This document shows positions 52,509 through 64,000 of a stretch of 64,000 nt of DNA, one piece after another (the first letter of the stretch is position 1; every line of letters starts with the position of its first letter). Location: NCBI GenBank assembly GCA_963817895.1, contig CAWFQB010000003.1, positions 683,651 to 747,650 of the forward strand. The letters are read 5' to 3'. A program made the translations under genes and the position numbers. Source of the stretch: an uncultured Chthonomonadaceae bacterium (lineage in GTDB: Bacteria; Armatimonadota; Chthonomonadetes; Chthonomonadales; Chthonomonadaceae). A model generated the notes under the pieces. That model was not told the DNA's origin, did not search any database, and worked only from the letters and a program-made list of their open reading frames with translations.

Positions 52509-53621
52509 TTATGCGCCCGTGCCGACGAGTTCGGAGATGTGTTTCACGCCGTCGCGTTCCATGAGTTTGAGCAGTCCCTGATTAATGCGTTTGGGCAGGA
52601 ACGGGCCTTCATAGACGAGTCCGGTATATAACTGTATCAGGGATGCGCCTGCCTGTAGGCGTTCGTAAGCGTCTTCCGCCGAGGAAATGCCACCCACGCC
52701 GATAAGGGGCAGTTTGCCTCCCGTGCAACGGTACAAAAACCGGATGACTTCTGTGGCGCGCGAACGCAGCGGTTTGCCGCTCAAGCCGCCGTTGCTTTCC
52801 ACGTTTGACAACGCGCCTTCGCGGGCAATCGTCGTGTTTGTAGCGATGATGCCCGCGAGTTGTTTTTCCAGCGCGACCTCTACGACATCCGCCATATCCC
52901 CGTCCGCCATATCCGGCGAGATTTTGACGAAAACCGGCAGGGGCGCAAGGGTACGCTTCTGCGCCAGCGACCGCGCCTCGTCCATCAATGCGCCAAGCAG
53001 CGCGCCGAGTTTATCTTTCTCCTGCCACTGCCGTAATCCCGGCGTATTGGGCGAAGACACGTTGACAACAATAAAGTCCGCGTGGCGCGACAGGCGGCGA
53101 AAACTCGCGCGATAATCCTCCAGTACAGCCTCATCCCCGGTCACGATTTTCGTTTTGCCGATATTGACGCCCAGCGGCACAGGCAGTTCGCGCTCTCTCC
53201 GCCGCAGCAATGCCAGCCGCCGCGCGACGGCTTCGGAACCTTCGCTGTTAAAGCCCAATCGGTTGACCAGAGCCTCATGCCGAGCGGCCCGGAACACGCG
53301 CGGTTTAGGATTGCCCCCCTGCGGTTGCGCCGTCACCGTCCCCACTTCCACAAATCCGAACCCGAACCGGGGCCATGTGGGAACCGCCCGCGCGTTTTTA
53401 TCGCACCCCGCCGCCAACCCGACAGGATTGGGAAACGACAGGCCTGCCACTTCTACCTGCAGGCGCGTATGCGTGAACACGTCCCTGCCGGGGGGCAGAG
53501 CCAGATGGCTGATTCGCGCCAGCATTTCCAGCGTATGCTCATGCGCGTTTTCCGCATCCTGCGCGAACAGCAGCGGGCGCGCGACTCGACGATAAATCAT
53601 GGATGGCTCCAGAGTAGACAT
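52509..53621 (-). CDS. pyrD: Dihydroorotate dehydrogenase (quinone, class 2)
   Basis: NPVGLAAGCDKN, GNPKPRVFR, NRLGFN, NVSSPNTPGLR, GGLSG, LIQLYTG. Confidence 0.95.
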   Translation of the reverse strand: MSTLEPSMIYRRVARPLLFAQDAENAHEHTLEMLARISHLALPPGRDVFTHTRLQVEVAGLSFPNPVGLAAGCDKNARAVPTWPRFGFGFVEVGTVTAQPQGGNPKPRVFRAARHEALVNRLGFNSEGSEAVARRLALLRRRERELPVPLGVNIGKTKIVTGDEAVLEDYRASFRRLSRHADFIVVNVSSPNTPGLRQWQEKDKLGALLGALMDEARSLAQKRTLAPLPVFVKISPDMADGDMADVVEVALEKQLAGIIATNTTIAREGALSNVESNGGLSGKPLRSRATEVIRFLYRCTGGKLPLIGVGGISSAEDAYERLQAGASLIQLYTGLVYEGPFLPKRINQGLLKLMERDGVKHISELVGTGA

Positions 53622-53845
53622 TAGAGAGTAGACGGTAGATGGTAGACAGTAGATAGTAGAAACAAGGAAATTTCCTGCTGCCCGTATTTCTTTGGATATA
53701 ATAACGATGCTCACCTGCCGATAAAAACGCCAGACCCCTGCAATGGTTGCCTGTGGAATAACAGACTACCGCAGACTAAAAACACTGGCATCCGGCTAAA
53801 TGACCCAACCTGACCTCAACGGCGAGGTGGTTACTAACGGCATCT

Positions 53846-56800
53846 ATGAGCAACACTATACCTGCATCACGGCCCATACTGCATACGCTTCTTACCGGCC
53901 TTATTGTGTCGTTTCTGTTAGGGAGGATGGCTCCAGCGCGGGCGCTGGACACCAATAAGGATTTGACGCAATGCCGTCTGGACAACTGGAACACGCGGGA
54001 TGGCCTGCCGCCCCGCGAAATTGAGGGACTGGCGCAAACGCCCGACGGCTATCTGTGGCTTGCCACCCGCGCCGGACTTGTCCGCTTTGATGGCGTCGCG
54101 TTTCGCGTTTTTGACGCCGCCAATACGCCCGGATGGACGCGCGGCATGGTTCGCGCCGTTACGGTCACCCCCGACAGGCAAGTATGGGTTGGCACGGACG
54201 GGGATGGGTTCGGCACTTTTGGGGAGGGCCGCTACACGCGCTATAATACCGAAGCCGGAACGCCAAAATGGAGTCAGACGACTGCCCTCTGCTCTGCCCG
54301 CGATGGCAGTTTGTGGGTGGGCGGGCAGGGCGAACATTCCGTGTTGCGCCTGCGTAACGGACACGTCGAAACTGTTTCCACCGCGCCCTGGACGGTATCC
54401 GGCATCGTGGAGGACAGGCAGGGCGCGATTTGCATTGCGACCGGCTCGGAGGGGCTGTATAAAATCGCTGAGAACGGCTTGCCCATGTCCTTTGAGCCGA
54501 AATTGCCCGTCAGCAATCTGACCGCCCTGTGCGCCACCGGGGACGGGAGTTTGTGGGCAGGGACGGAACATCAGGGGCTATGGCGGCTCCATGGCGGCAA
54601 ATGGCAAGAGTATGGGCGGCAGGAGGGGCTGAACGCTGAAGGTATCCGTTCCCTGTACGCGGACCGCGCGGGCAATTTGTGGGTCGGAACACGCAATGGC
54701 CTGCACCGCTGGCAGAACGGCGCGTTTCACGTTTTCAACAGCCGCGACAGCCTTATCGATTCCAGCGCCGGACCGCTTCTGGAAGACCGCGAAGGCAATT
54801 TATGGGTCAGCACAGGTACGGGATTAAGCCGCTTCAGCAATACCAAACTGACGCCTCTTGAACTGAGTTCAATGCCGGAATCAAGGGTTGCGGCTGATGT
54901 GGACGCGGGGTTTATGCGTGATACTCCGCGCGGGAGTTTGCGCGATACTTTAAGAGGCGCGGTTATCAACGGGGCGTGTCAAACCCGGAACGGCGATTGC
55001 TGGTTTGCCACCTCGGAAGGGATTGGCGCGTCTGGAAAACAATGCCGTCACCACCTATTCACTCGGCATCATGGGCTTCCCGACAGCGTGACGGGCAATG
55101 CCATAAGCAGCGTTTGGCCTGCAAAAGACGGCGGGCTGTGGCTGATTACGGACGGCGGCGGACTGCATCACTGGCGCGAGGAGCATTTTACCACGCTGCT
55201 GACAAAAAGCAGCATGGCGAAAGTGGCGGAAGATCGCGACGGTCTGCTTCTCGAGGACTGGAACACGCTGTCCCGCCTGCGCAACGGCAAACAGGTTTCG
55301 CTCTTCTGTGACAAACCCCTCGGCTATATTTTTACATTCTGCCTTGATCCGGCGGGTACGCTCTGGTTCGGCTGCGAACAGGGATTGGGGCGCGTGACAG
55401 GGCGATAAAATCGAACTGTTCCACGAGGGCCTGCCGCCGAATACGCATGTTCTCGCCGTCGCCTGCGCTTCCGAGGGAGAGCAGTGGCTCGGCACGGACA
55501 AAGGATTGGCGCGTTTTCGGAACGGCAAATTTACCCTGTTCAACAAGCGGGACGGCCTGCCGGACGAGAATTTGTATCAGGTTTTGATTGATGATGGCGG
55601 CGCGTTGTGGATCGGGGGCAACCGGAGCATCTTTGTGGTGTCCAAAAACAGCCGGGAATCCTACGAGAAAGGTTTTATTCACCAACTGTCATACCATCTG
55701 TATGAAGCATCGGATGGAATTCCGCCGATTTCCCCTGAGCCAAACTGCGCTGAAAACCGATGATGGCAGGCTCTGGTTCCGGGGCGATACGGGCATGACC
55801 ATTGTGGACCCGAAGCGGCTGCGCTGTAATACGCTTGCGCCCCATGTGATTGTCGAGCAGATTACAGTGGACGGCATGATAATTGACGCGAATAAGCCCG
55901 TTCGCGTACCGCCGGGAAAGGGTGAATTAGCAGTGCGCTATACTGCGCCCAGCCTGACCATGCCGGAACGGGTGCGGTTTCGCTACAAGTTGGAGGGCTA
56001 TGACCATGAATGGGTCGCGGCGGAAACGCGCCGCGCCGCCTATTACACCAACTTGCCGCCGGGAACGTACCGTTTTTGTGTGATGGCCTGCAACAATGAC
56101 GGCGTGTGGAACAATGAGGGAGTTGCCTTTACGTTTACGCTTACGCCGCGCTTTTATCAGACGAACTGGTTCCGGCTTGCCGCTGTTATCGGGCTTGCCG
56201 TAGTCGTGGCAGGACTGGCGCGCGTGAGGATGCGCGGGCTTAAACGCGCCAATCGCCTGCTGGAACAGCGCATTGCGGACCGGACGGCGCAACTGACGCG
56301 GGCCAACCACGAACTGAAAGCCTCGCATGAAGAGATGGAAGCGGCGAATGCGCGCCTGCTGGCGCTGGCGACAACCGACGGCATGACCATGCTTGCCAAT
56401 CATCGCGCCTTTCAGGATCGGCTGCGCGCGGCAGTGGGAGACGCGCAGGTATCCGGGCGGCCCATGACCATGCTGCTGGCGGACGTGGATCATTTCAAGC
56501 AGTACAACGACTCGTATGGACATCCTGCCGGGGATGAAGTTCTGCGCATCGTGGCTCGCCTGCTGCGGGAAAACACGCGCCCCGGCGACTGCGTGGCCCG
56601 TTATGGCGGCGAAGAGTTTGCCGTTCTGCTGCCGGATACGGATGTCGCAACCGCGCTGGAAATCGCGGAACGATTGCGGGCAAGCGTCAGCATGTATGAA
56701 TTTCCCTGCCGTCGTGTCACGCTCAGTATTGGCGTTGCCCTGCCCGATGCGGATGAACTGTGTCCCGCCGGACTGGTGGAAAGCGCGGACAAGGCGTTGT

Positions 56801-56952
56801 ATGGCGCGAAGCGGGCGGGCCGCAACCGTGTCCTGCTGGCGGCAGCGCAAGATACGAACTCGGAAAACCTACAGACTTCGGATTGGTATAGATTTGCGGA
56901 GTGTTTTGTCGCAGGCGGCATAGATGATTTCGCTGACTATCCTTTCGTTTGA
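53846..56952 (+). CDS. Membrane sensor diguanylate cyclase: periplasmic beta-propeller (Reg_prop), Y_Y_Y domain, TM, GGDEF (frameshifts near 55400 and 55725)
   Basis: DGLP..QTPDGYLWLAT repeats; YKLEGYD..YTNLPPGTYRF; DVDHFKQYND; RPGD I-site and RYGGEEF. Confidence 0.85.
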
Positions 56953-57057
56953 TTTGCCGATTGACGCGCGTTCAATTGACGCGCTTTCAATATTGGCGTA
57001 TACTGTGCGTAGCGAGGAGCATTGAGAAACGCTAATACGACGGGAGTAACGCAAGCG

Positions 57058-57720
57058 ATGGCAGCGGAAACATTAGTCAGGGAACCGGAACAGGCCGATC
57101 TAACGAGAGAGGAAGCCGTGATGCCGACGTATAAAGTTGACGCCCGCGTGTTGCCGCGCCGCCGCCTGCTGACGGTTGCGGAATTCGATTGCGCGTGGGC
57201 GCAGGGCGTGTACGGGCCGGAAGAGCGATTGGAATTGATAGAAGGGGAGGTGATCGAGAAGGTGAGTCCACAGAGAGTCCACATGCGACAATCAGCAAAT
57301 TTAAGTGGCAAGGCGGCAGAGCGGGCCTTCCGCGAAGAGTGCCATATTCGTACTCAATTGCCGCTCGTGTTCGGGCCGCACAACAAGCCCGAACCGGATG
57401 TCGCGGTTGTTGTGGGTTCCATACGCGATTATTCTCTGGCGCACCCGACGACTGCCGTTCTTATTATCGAAATTTCCGACAGTACGCTACGTTACGACCG
57501 TACCACAAAGGCGGGAATCTACGCGCGGGCGGGCATTGCAGACTACTGGATACTCAACGTCGTAGACCGTGTGCTGGAAGTGCATCGGCAGCCCGCCGCT
57601 ATGACGGACATGCCGCTCGGACACGGCTACCGCAGCATCACGCGCTATATCGAAACAGAAATCGTTTCTCCTCTTGTCGCGCCCGATTCCCTGATTACTG
57701 TCGCAGACTTGTTGCCCTGA
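57058..57720 (+). CDS. Uma2 family endonuclease
   Basis: RLELIEGEV, PEPDVAVV, IIEISDSTLRYDR..KAGIYARAGIADYWILN. Confidence 0.9.
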   Translation: MAAETLVREPEQADLTREEAVMPTYKVDARVLPRRRLLTVAEFDCAWAQGVYGPEERLELIEGEVIEKVSPQRVHMRQSANLSGKAAERAFREECHIRTQLPLVFGPHNKPEPDVAVVVGSIRDYSLAHPTTAVLIIEISDSTLRYDRTTKAGIYARAGIADYWILNVVDRVLEVHRQPAAMTDMPLGHGYRSITRYIETEIVSPLVAPDSLITVADLLP

Positions 57721-57894
57721 CCTTATCACCTGTTCAATCGGCATTGTCGCCATTCATATGACTATATTTGTTGTTATTGCCTTGTTGGGAACTTCAAGAT
57801 GTTCTTGAACACTCCCGATGGGGCTTACTTTTGCCTGTTTACTTCCAGAAGTATCCATCAATTTGCCATACTGTTGTTGGCCTTAGAAAATCAC

Positions 57895-57923
57895 TTGACA
57901 ATGGTACGCTAAAGGTGTATCAT
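57895..57923 (+). promoter_or_regulatory. Putative sigma-A promoter of clpB
   Basis: TTGACA-N17-TATCAT. Confidence 0.6.
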
Positions 57924-58042
57924 AATCATGTTGAAGCAGAACAACAGCAGGAGTTTCCATGTCCGTCGTAGAAAAGCGCGGGAAGCGGGCATGGCGCGAC
58001 TTTTATACGCGCAAATGCGCGTATGGGAGGGGATGAACACCT

Positions 58043-60662
58043 ATGCGAATGGACAAATTGACGATTAAGGCGCAGGAAGCGATTACGCAGGCGCAGCAGA
58101 TTGCGGAACAGAACCAGAATACGCAGGTGGATGTGGAGCATCTGCTGTCCGCGTTACTGGCGCAGAATGAGGGCGTGACCGGGCCGATTTTGCAGAAATT
58201 GGGCGTGAACATCGGCCTGCTGCAAACGCAGGTTCAGAGTGAAATCGCCAAACTGCCCCGCATTTCGGGTATGGCGGAGGTGGCGGCCAGCCTGACGCCT
58301 CGACTGCGACACGCGATGAACGCGGCCTTTGGCGAGGCCGAGCGCATGAAGGACGAGTACGTCAGCACGGAACACCTCCTGCTTGGCATCGTGGCCGATA
58401 ATCAGGGGCCGAGCGCGCGGTTGCTGAAAGCGCAGGGCGTCAATGGGGAAAAAGTGTTGACGGCGTTGCGCGACGTGAGGGGCAGCCAGCGCGTCACGGA
58501 CCAGAACCCGGAAGAAAAATATCAGGCGCTGGAAAAGTACGGGCGCGATTATACCGAACTGGCGCGGAAGCAGAAACTCGACCCGGTTATCGGGCGCGAT
58601 GAAGAAATCCGGCGCGTGATTCAGGTGTTGTCCCGGCGCACCAAGAACAACCCGGTTCTGATCGGCGAACCCGGCGTGGGCAAGACGGCCATTGTGGAGG
58701 GACTGGCGCAGCGCATCATTGAGGGCGACGTGCCTGAAGGCTTGAAAGATAAGCGCGTGATTTCCCTCGATTTGAGCGCATTAATCGCGGGCGCGAAGTT
58801 TCGGGGCGAGTTCGAGGAGCGATTAAAAGCGGTTCTTAAAGAAGTGGTTGACGCGCAGGGCGGCATCATTCTGTTTATAGACGAGATGCACACCCTTGTC
58901 GGCGCGGGCAAAGCCGAGGGCGCGATGGACGCGGGCAACATGCTCAAGCCGATGCTGGCGAGAGGCGAACTGCGCTGCGTGGGCGCGACGACGCTGGACG
59001 AGTACCGCAAGCACATTGAAAAAGATGCGGCTCTGGAACGGCGTTTCCAGCCAATTCTGGTGGGCGAACCGAGCGTGGACGATACCATCGGCATTTTGCG
59101 CGGCCTGAAAGAAAAGTACGAGGTGCATCACGGTATCCGCATTATGGACAGCGCCCTTGTCGCCGCCGCCGTGCTGTCGGATCGCTACATCGCGGATCGG
59201 TTTTTGCCCGACAAGGCCATTGACCTGATTGACGAGGCGGCCAGCCGCCTGCGCATTGAAATAGACTGAATGCCTGCCGAAATAGACGTTGTGGAACGTC
59301 GCATCCGGCAGTTGGAGATCGAGCGCGTTGCCCTGAAGAAAGAGACCGACCCGGCCAGTCAGGAGCGGCTCGCGAAACTGGAGCAGGAACTCGGCGATCT
59401 GCGCGAATCGTCCAGCCAACTGAAAGCGCGGTGGGACAACGAAAAGCGCGTGATCGAGAAAATCCGCAAAACCAAAGAGGAGATCGAAAATACGCGCATG
59501 CAGGCCGAGGCTGCGGAGCGCCGGGGCGATTTGAACAAAGCGGCGGAACTGCGCTACGGCGTGATGTTCGCCCTGAACCGGCAACTGCAAACCGAGCAGG
59601 CGGAATTCGACGCCCTGAACGAGAACGGGCAGGCCATGCTTCAGGAGGAAGTGACCGCGGATGACATTGCCGAAGTGGTCGGCAAGTGGACGGGCATCCC
59701 CGTATCGCGCCTGCTGGAAGGCGAGATGCAGAAACTATTGCGCATGGAGGATCGGCTTCATGCCCGCGTGGTCGGGCAGGAAGAAGCGGTTGTTGCCGTC
59801 GCCAATTCCGTGCGGCGTTCCCGTTCCGGCCTGAGCGATCCGAACCGTCCCATTGGCTCGTTTATTTTCTTAGGGCCAACGGGCGTGGGCAAAACCGAAC
59901 TGGCGCGGGCATTGGCGGAGTTTCTGTTCGACGATGAGCGGGCAATGTTGCGGCTTGACATGTCGGAGTACATGGAAAAGCACACGGTTGCGCGATTGAT
60001 TGGCGCTCCTCCCGGCTATGTTGGGTATGAGGAGGGCGGGCAACTGACGGAAGCGGTTCGCCGGCGCCCGTACAGCGTCCTGCTGCTGGACGAGATCGAA
60101 AAAGCGCACCCCGACGTGTTCAACGTGCTGCTGCAACTGCTCGACGACGGCAGATTGACGGACGGGCAGGGGCGCACGGTAGACTTCCGCAACACGGTCA
60201 TCATTATGACCAGCAACATCGGCAGCCAGTGGATACAGGAACTCGCGCTCACGGATACCGTCCTGATGCGAACGCGGGTCATGGAAGCGGTTCAGTCGCA
60301 CTTCCGCCCGGAGTTCCTCAACCGCGTAGACGAGATCATTCTGTTCCAGTCGTTGAGTCTAGCGCAGATCAAGAGCATCGTGGAGATACAGCTAGGGTTG
60401 CTGCGCAAGCGATTAGCCGAGCGCAAACTCACCATGACGCTCACGGATGCGGCTGGAAGAGGCGGTTGCGCTGGCGGGCTACGATCCGGTCTACGGCGCG
60501 CGTCCGCTCAAACGCGCCATTCAGAAGCAGATTGCCGACCCACTCGCGCAGCGTATCCTGGGCGGCGAGTTCCGCGAAGGCGACCACATCTTAGTGGACG
60601 CCGACCCGGAAGGCGTCCTCAACTTCCGCAAAGCCGAAGAACGTCAGCCTGTCATGGCATAG
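58043..60662 (+). CDS. clpB: ATP-dependent chaperone ClpB (in-frame TGA at 59267-59269 and frameshift near 60450)
   Basis: [15 protein letters not shown], coiled-coil M domain, [21 protein letters not shown]. Confidence 0.93.
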
Positions 60663-60773
60663 CCGACAGCGTAAGAACGACCCAAACCAGAACCGCAGAC
60701 CAAAACAGACAGGCAAGACGCAAAATGTCTTGGCTGTCTGTCTCTGTTTGTATTCTACGCCATTTTTAATCGG

Positions 60774-61085
60774 TTATGCCGCTTCGCTTTGCGCGGCTGT
60801 GGTTTCAGACAAAACACGCGCGTCCTCCAGAGCGCTGCTGTTCAGCATCCGCTGAAATGTACGCGCTGAAGCGACCCCGCTCGCTGTGATTGTTGACTGC
60901 GCCGCCACAAGATGCGCGGGACGCGCCACCTCCTGCGGTTGCGTGATGGGAAGCGCGAACAGCGCATTATACTCAGGATATTGAAAAACAATGTACTCGG
61001 AGGTATCGCGGCGCGAAAAACCGAGACTAATCAGTATCTCGCTTAAACGCCCATAGGTAATCGGCTGAACGAAAGCATTACTCAT
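60774..61085 (-). CDS. Hypothetical protein, weakly HicA-like
   Basis: ITYGRLSEILISLGFSR..IVFQY..LFALP helix-strand pattern; overlaps the upstream gene stop. Confidence 0.45.
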   Translation of the reverse strand: MSNAFVQPITYGRLSEILISLGFSRRDTSEYIVFQYPEYNALFALPITQPQEVARPAHLVAAQSTITASGVASARTFQRMLNSSALEDARVLSETTAAQSEAA

Positions 61086-61259
61086 GAGGATTGGTTCCTT
61101 TCGCAAACTGACGCAAAACTTCCAATTTGAATTGCCGAAACTGTTCAATGGCAGTTTCGTTCACGACAGCGCGCATAGACATTCTTATAGTAATCTCTTT
61201 TTGCGTCGAAGACCATACCGGGCGTGAGGCGCGTAGGTGTTGTTGTACGTACATCCAAT

Positions 61260-62323
61260 AGATACTCCGACAAATAGTATATAGGCTGTTTTGAGGCAGG
61301 CTAGCGCTCAGGTGGAGCAGACACACTCCACCCGTCGAAAACCCTTTTTCCGCGTTTACTTTTCCCGGCTTACGCGCCTTGCGGCTCGCGTGTCAGCGCG
61401 ATCAATTGCACCAGACCCACCACACAGAAGCAAGTGCGACGGAACAATCCCGTCGCCAGACGATATTCATCACGCACCATCCGAAACGCTTTGACGCGCC
61501 GGATACTATGTTCGACACGCACACGCCCTGAGGAAAAGGCGCGGTTCTCTTCTTTCTGCACAGCGCTCAACGCGCCTCCGCGTGGCTTCTTGTGCGGCAC
61601 TTCGCTGTGGGGTAAGCCTTGATAGGCCAGATCGCCTTTGACCGTCGCATGGGGAAACTGCTTGGCAACCGTACTCTGCTCATGCACTTTCTTGTCCGAC
61701 TTCGGGCCGCGATAGCCCGCATCCACATCAAGAATGTCGCCATTGCGGTTGGTGATGACCTCGGTCTTGAGCGTGTGGTCTTTCTTCTTGCCCGAGTAGA
61801 AGGCGCGTTGCTTGGGTTCAATCGAGGGACGCGGAACCGGCGTCTCGAAACTATCCACAATCACCTGATCCACCTCCTCGGGCTTCCAGGAGGGTTCTTT
61901 CTTGGTCCAGCGTTTCTCCGCTTCCCAGCGGTTGGCCGGACACACGTCTTTGAGGACGCCGACAATCTCATGGAAGGTGTTCTCCGCCACATCGGCGCTG
62001 ACGCCAAACAGCATGCCCACCACAGAGAAGGCGACGTTGTGGCGCAGGTACAGCAGCGTCAGCAACACTTCCTGGTAGGGCTTGAGCAGGCGTTTGCGGC
62101 CGCCTCCCACCTTGCGGCGGCGCGTGGGCTTGTTGGCCTGTTCTTGTTGGCGACGGCGCTCGATTTCGGGAAGCGCTGCCAGGAAGAGTTCAGCTAAGGC
62201 GGCGTGGGGTAGTCCGAAGAGCGAACGGACTTTGTTTTCGGGATAGCGGCCAAGTTCGTGAAGGTTCATACGTCTATTCTACCCGCGCCAAGAATAAATC
62301 CAAACTTATTTGTCGGAGTATCT
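61260..62323 (-). mobile_element. IS5-family insertion sequence (IS702/ISL2-like)
   Basis: Perfect 17-bp terminal inverted repeats AGATACTCCGACAAATA; 3-bp target duplication AAT (61257-61259 and 62324-62326). Confidence 0.9.
61370..62269 (-). CDS. DDE transposase (HTH plus DDE_Tnp_4 type)
   Basis: GGGRK..LLYLRH; IVDSFE; YSGKKKDHTLK; GDLAYQG; RVRVEHSI. Confidence 0.9.
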   Translation of the reverse strand: MNLHELGRYPENKVRSLFGLPHAALAELFLAALPEIERRRQQEQANKPTRRRKVGGGRKRLLKPYQEVLLTLLYLRHNVAFSVVGMLFGVSADVAENTFHEIVGVLKDVCPANRWEAEKRWTKKEPSWKPEEVDQVIVDSFETPVPRPSIEPKQRAFYSGKKKDHTLKTEVITNRNGDILDVDAGYRGPKSDKKVHEQSTVAKQFPHATVKGDLAYQGLPHSEVPHKKPRGGALSAVQKEENRAFSSGRVRVEHSIRRVKAFRMVRDEYRLATGLFRRTCFCVVGLVQLIALTREPQGA

Positions 62324-62772
62324 AATAAGTCTGCGCGGCCGTCGCATCATACAAAATCAAGATAACAGGCATTAGCTCATGACGCCATAGTTCCAGATGC
62401 TTCCGCGCCACGGGAAGCGCAGCCGTTATACCATCCTCCAGAACTCTAAGGTTTTCCGTCGCTTTGAATTGAAAATACACGTTGCCGCTTTCGTAAGTTC
62501 CTTGTTTTCGTCTTGTATCTCCCTCATAGTCAAACGTCTGCATGACCAGATCATAGCCATAGTCGAATTGAACGCGCTGTGCGCTATGGCCTTGCAGGAA
62601 AAATAAAGCGTTCGACATGGTTAATACTCAGGTCGGCAAGCCAATGTTCTCGTATTCGTGCCGGACGCTCCACCGCTCCTCCTGTTTCTGCCCCGCCATC
62701 GTGTCGCGTAAACGGTCATTATCAAGTATACCCTGTTCCTATCTTTAGAGGCGTTCGTCCTGCTAAACAGGC

Positions 62773-64000
62773 CAGGGCCGGCGCATCTTAACTGAGGAGA
62801 ATTTGCTCTAAATAGGCGTTGTCCCATCCGGCTTTCTTCTGCCGCGCCTTGATCCCACGCTCACAGGTCTTCTCCTGCCGGATCAGGTTGAGCGCAATGT
62901 GGCGCAGAACAGCCATATTCTCGGCTCCATGTTCTGTGCGGATGCGGCAGGCGTCTTCGTTAAGGCTGACATCCAGGACATAGTGCAGGCGGTTCTCAAT
63001 GCCCCAGTGCTGCCGCGCGGCTTTGAGAACTTTCTTTGCCTCGTGGGGTATGCTGCTAATGAAGTAACGCGCTTCCTCGCTGCTCTTGTCGCCGACTTGC
63101 CGGGTGCAGGTGATACGGGCGAGACTGCGTAAGCCTTTCCATCCTGCTGCGCGTCGCCCCAACACAGGTCGTCAAGGTCGAGGGTGAGCAGGTCACAACG
63201 CCGTATGTCTGCGCGCCCATGTCCGCGCCCGCTCGTGGTATGGCAACTATGGTTCATGTCGCGCCAGAGCTTCTCCTCGGCATAAGCGAAGCGGGCTTGT
63301 ATGTCGTGATGGAGGTTCTTCTGGTTGTCTTTGACGGCAATTACATAGTCGCCCTCCTGTTGAACAATCTGCGCCACCCTAGCGGTCTGACAACTCATCG
63401 CATCCGTAGTCACGATGCAGCCCGTGATGGCGAGAAGGCGCAGCAAGGCGGGAACCATCGGAATTGCGTTGTTTTGACCACGATTTGACTTGTCCTAACA
63501 CCAACACCGCGGCCCGCCCATGCGCTGATCAGGTGGATGGCACTCTGACCGCAGGCGAGATCGAAACTGTGCCGCAGCACTTTGCCGTCCAGAGAGATAA
63601 TTTCGCCTGCGGTGAGTTGATGCAGGGTTTGCGTCCATAGCCGGAAGCAGGTTTGCAGCGCGCTCGGTTGCAATCGGGCAAACACGCGCCGAAACGTGTC
63701 GGCGGAGGGAATGCCGTCGGGCAACTCCAGGCGTTCTGACAGCCAGTCGCGTTTCGCAACGCCAAAGGTCAGCATATCGTCCCAGCCTCCGGCTCCACAG
63801 GGATCGCCAAATGGCAATTACAAGGATGTCCATCAACGAGTGCAAACGGGTGCGCTCTACGCGCGGAATAGGCAAGTCTGACAGGCACTCCACAAGGGTG
63901 GGAAAAGCAGACGTAGACATTAGGCAGGCTCCTCAAAGGGAAATGCCACGTCATTCAACTTTGAGGCTCCAACTTCCTGTGTCAAACTATTTTAGATGCG
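62773..64000 (-). mobile_element. ISAs1-family IS with frameshifted transposase (62788-63920); right end cut by the window
   Basis: GIPSADTFRRVF, SLDGK, TTDAMSCQ, AVKDNQ, HWGIENRLHYVLDV; left IR CAGGGCCGGCGCATCT and matching AGATGCG at 63994-64000. Confidence 0.88.

Larger units (their letters stand above)
61078..62673 (-). pseudogene. DUF4365-family (PD-(D/E)XK-like) gene interrupted by an IS
   Basis: REHWLADLSINHVER..FDYGYDL..YFQFKAT..PVILILYD..TY/WMYVQ; the halves rejoin in frame when the IS and one target copy are removed. Confidence 0.75.

Noticed and set aside
53700..53845. c-di-GMP riboswitch upstream of the diguanylate cyclase
   Set aside because: I could not find the class I or class II consensus elements by eye; an Infernal/Rfam scan would be needed
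57780..58042. CIRCE or CtsR operator upstream of clpB
   Set aside because: No match to TTAGCACTC-N9-GAGTGCTAA or to the CtsR heptad repeat seen

Overview
This is a GC-rich bacterial chromosome segment with no rRNA, tRNA or CRISPR array recognised. The PEP-CTERM protein, the ECF sigma/zinc anti-sigma pairs and the general gene content suggest a diderm soil lineage such as Armatimonadota; that assignment is inference only. Housekeeping genes are prfB (3' end), hisB-hisH-hisA, purL-purF-purM, gyrA, groES-groEL with a CIRCE operator, pyrD and clpB. Between them lie accessory genes: two ECF sigma/anti-sigma loci, a MerR-SDR unit, a large secreted glycoside hydrolase, a disrupted Type IIG/ISP-like restriction-modification gene, XisH/XisI, orphan antitoxins, HNH and Uma2 nucleases, a propeller-GGDEF cyclase, and two IS elements at the right end. 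Many genes carry single frameshifts or in-frame stops, which most likely are long-read assembly errors. Most notable observations: (1) a Ser/Thr kinase-HEPN(RxxxxH)-TM-ankyrin fusion whose domain inventory resembles RNase L/Ire1; (2) a sigma-70 region-4 HTH domain inserted in-frame inside PurL; (3) a LAGLIDADG intein in GyrA next to the QRDR, a different site from the mycobacterial GyrA intein, plus a D87G-equivalent residue; (4) a pervasive family of inverted pairs of 7-8-nt tandem repeats at gene junctions and in-frame inside genes; (5) an HtrA-like protein with a degenerate catalytic triad.
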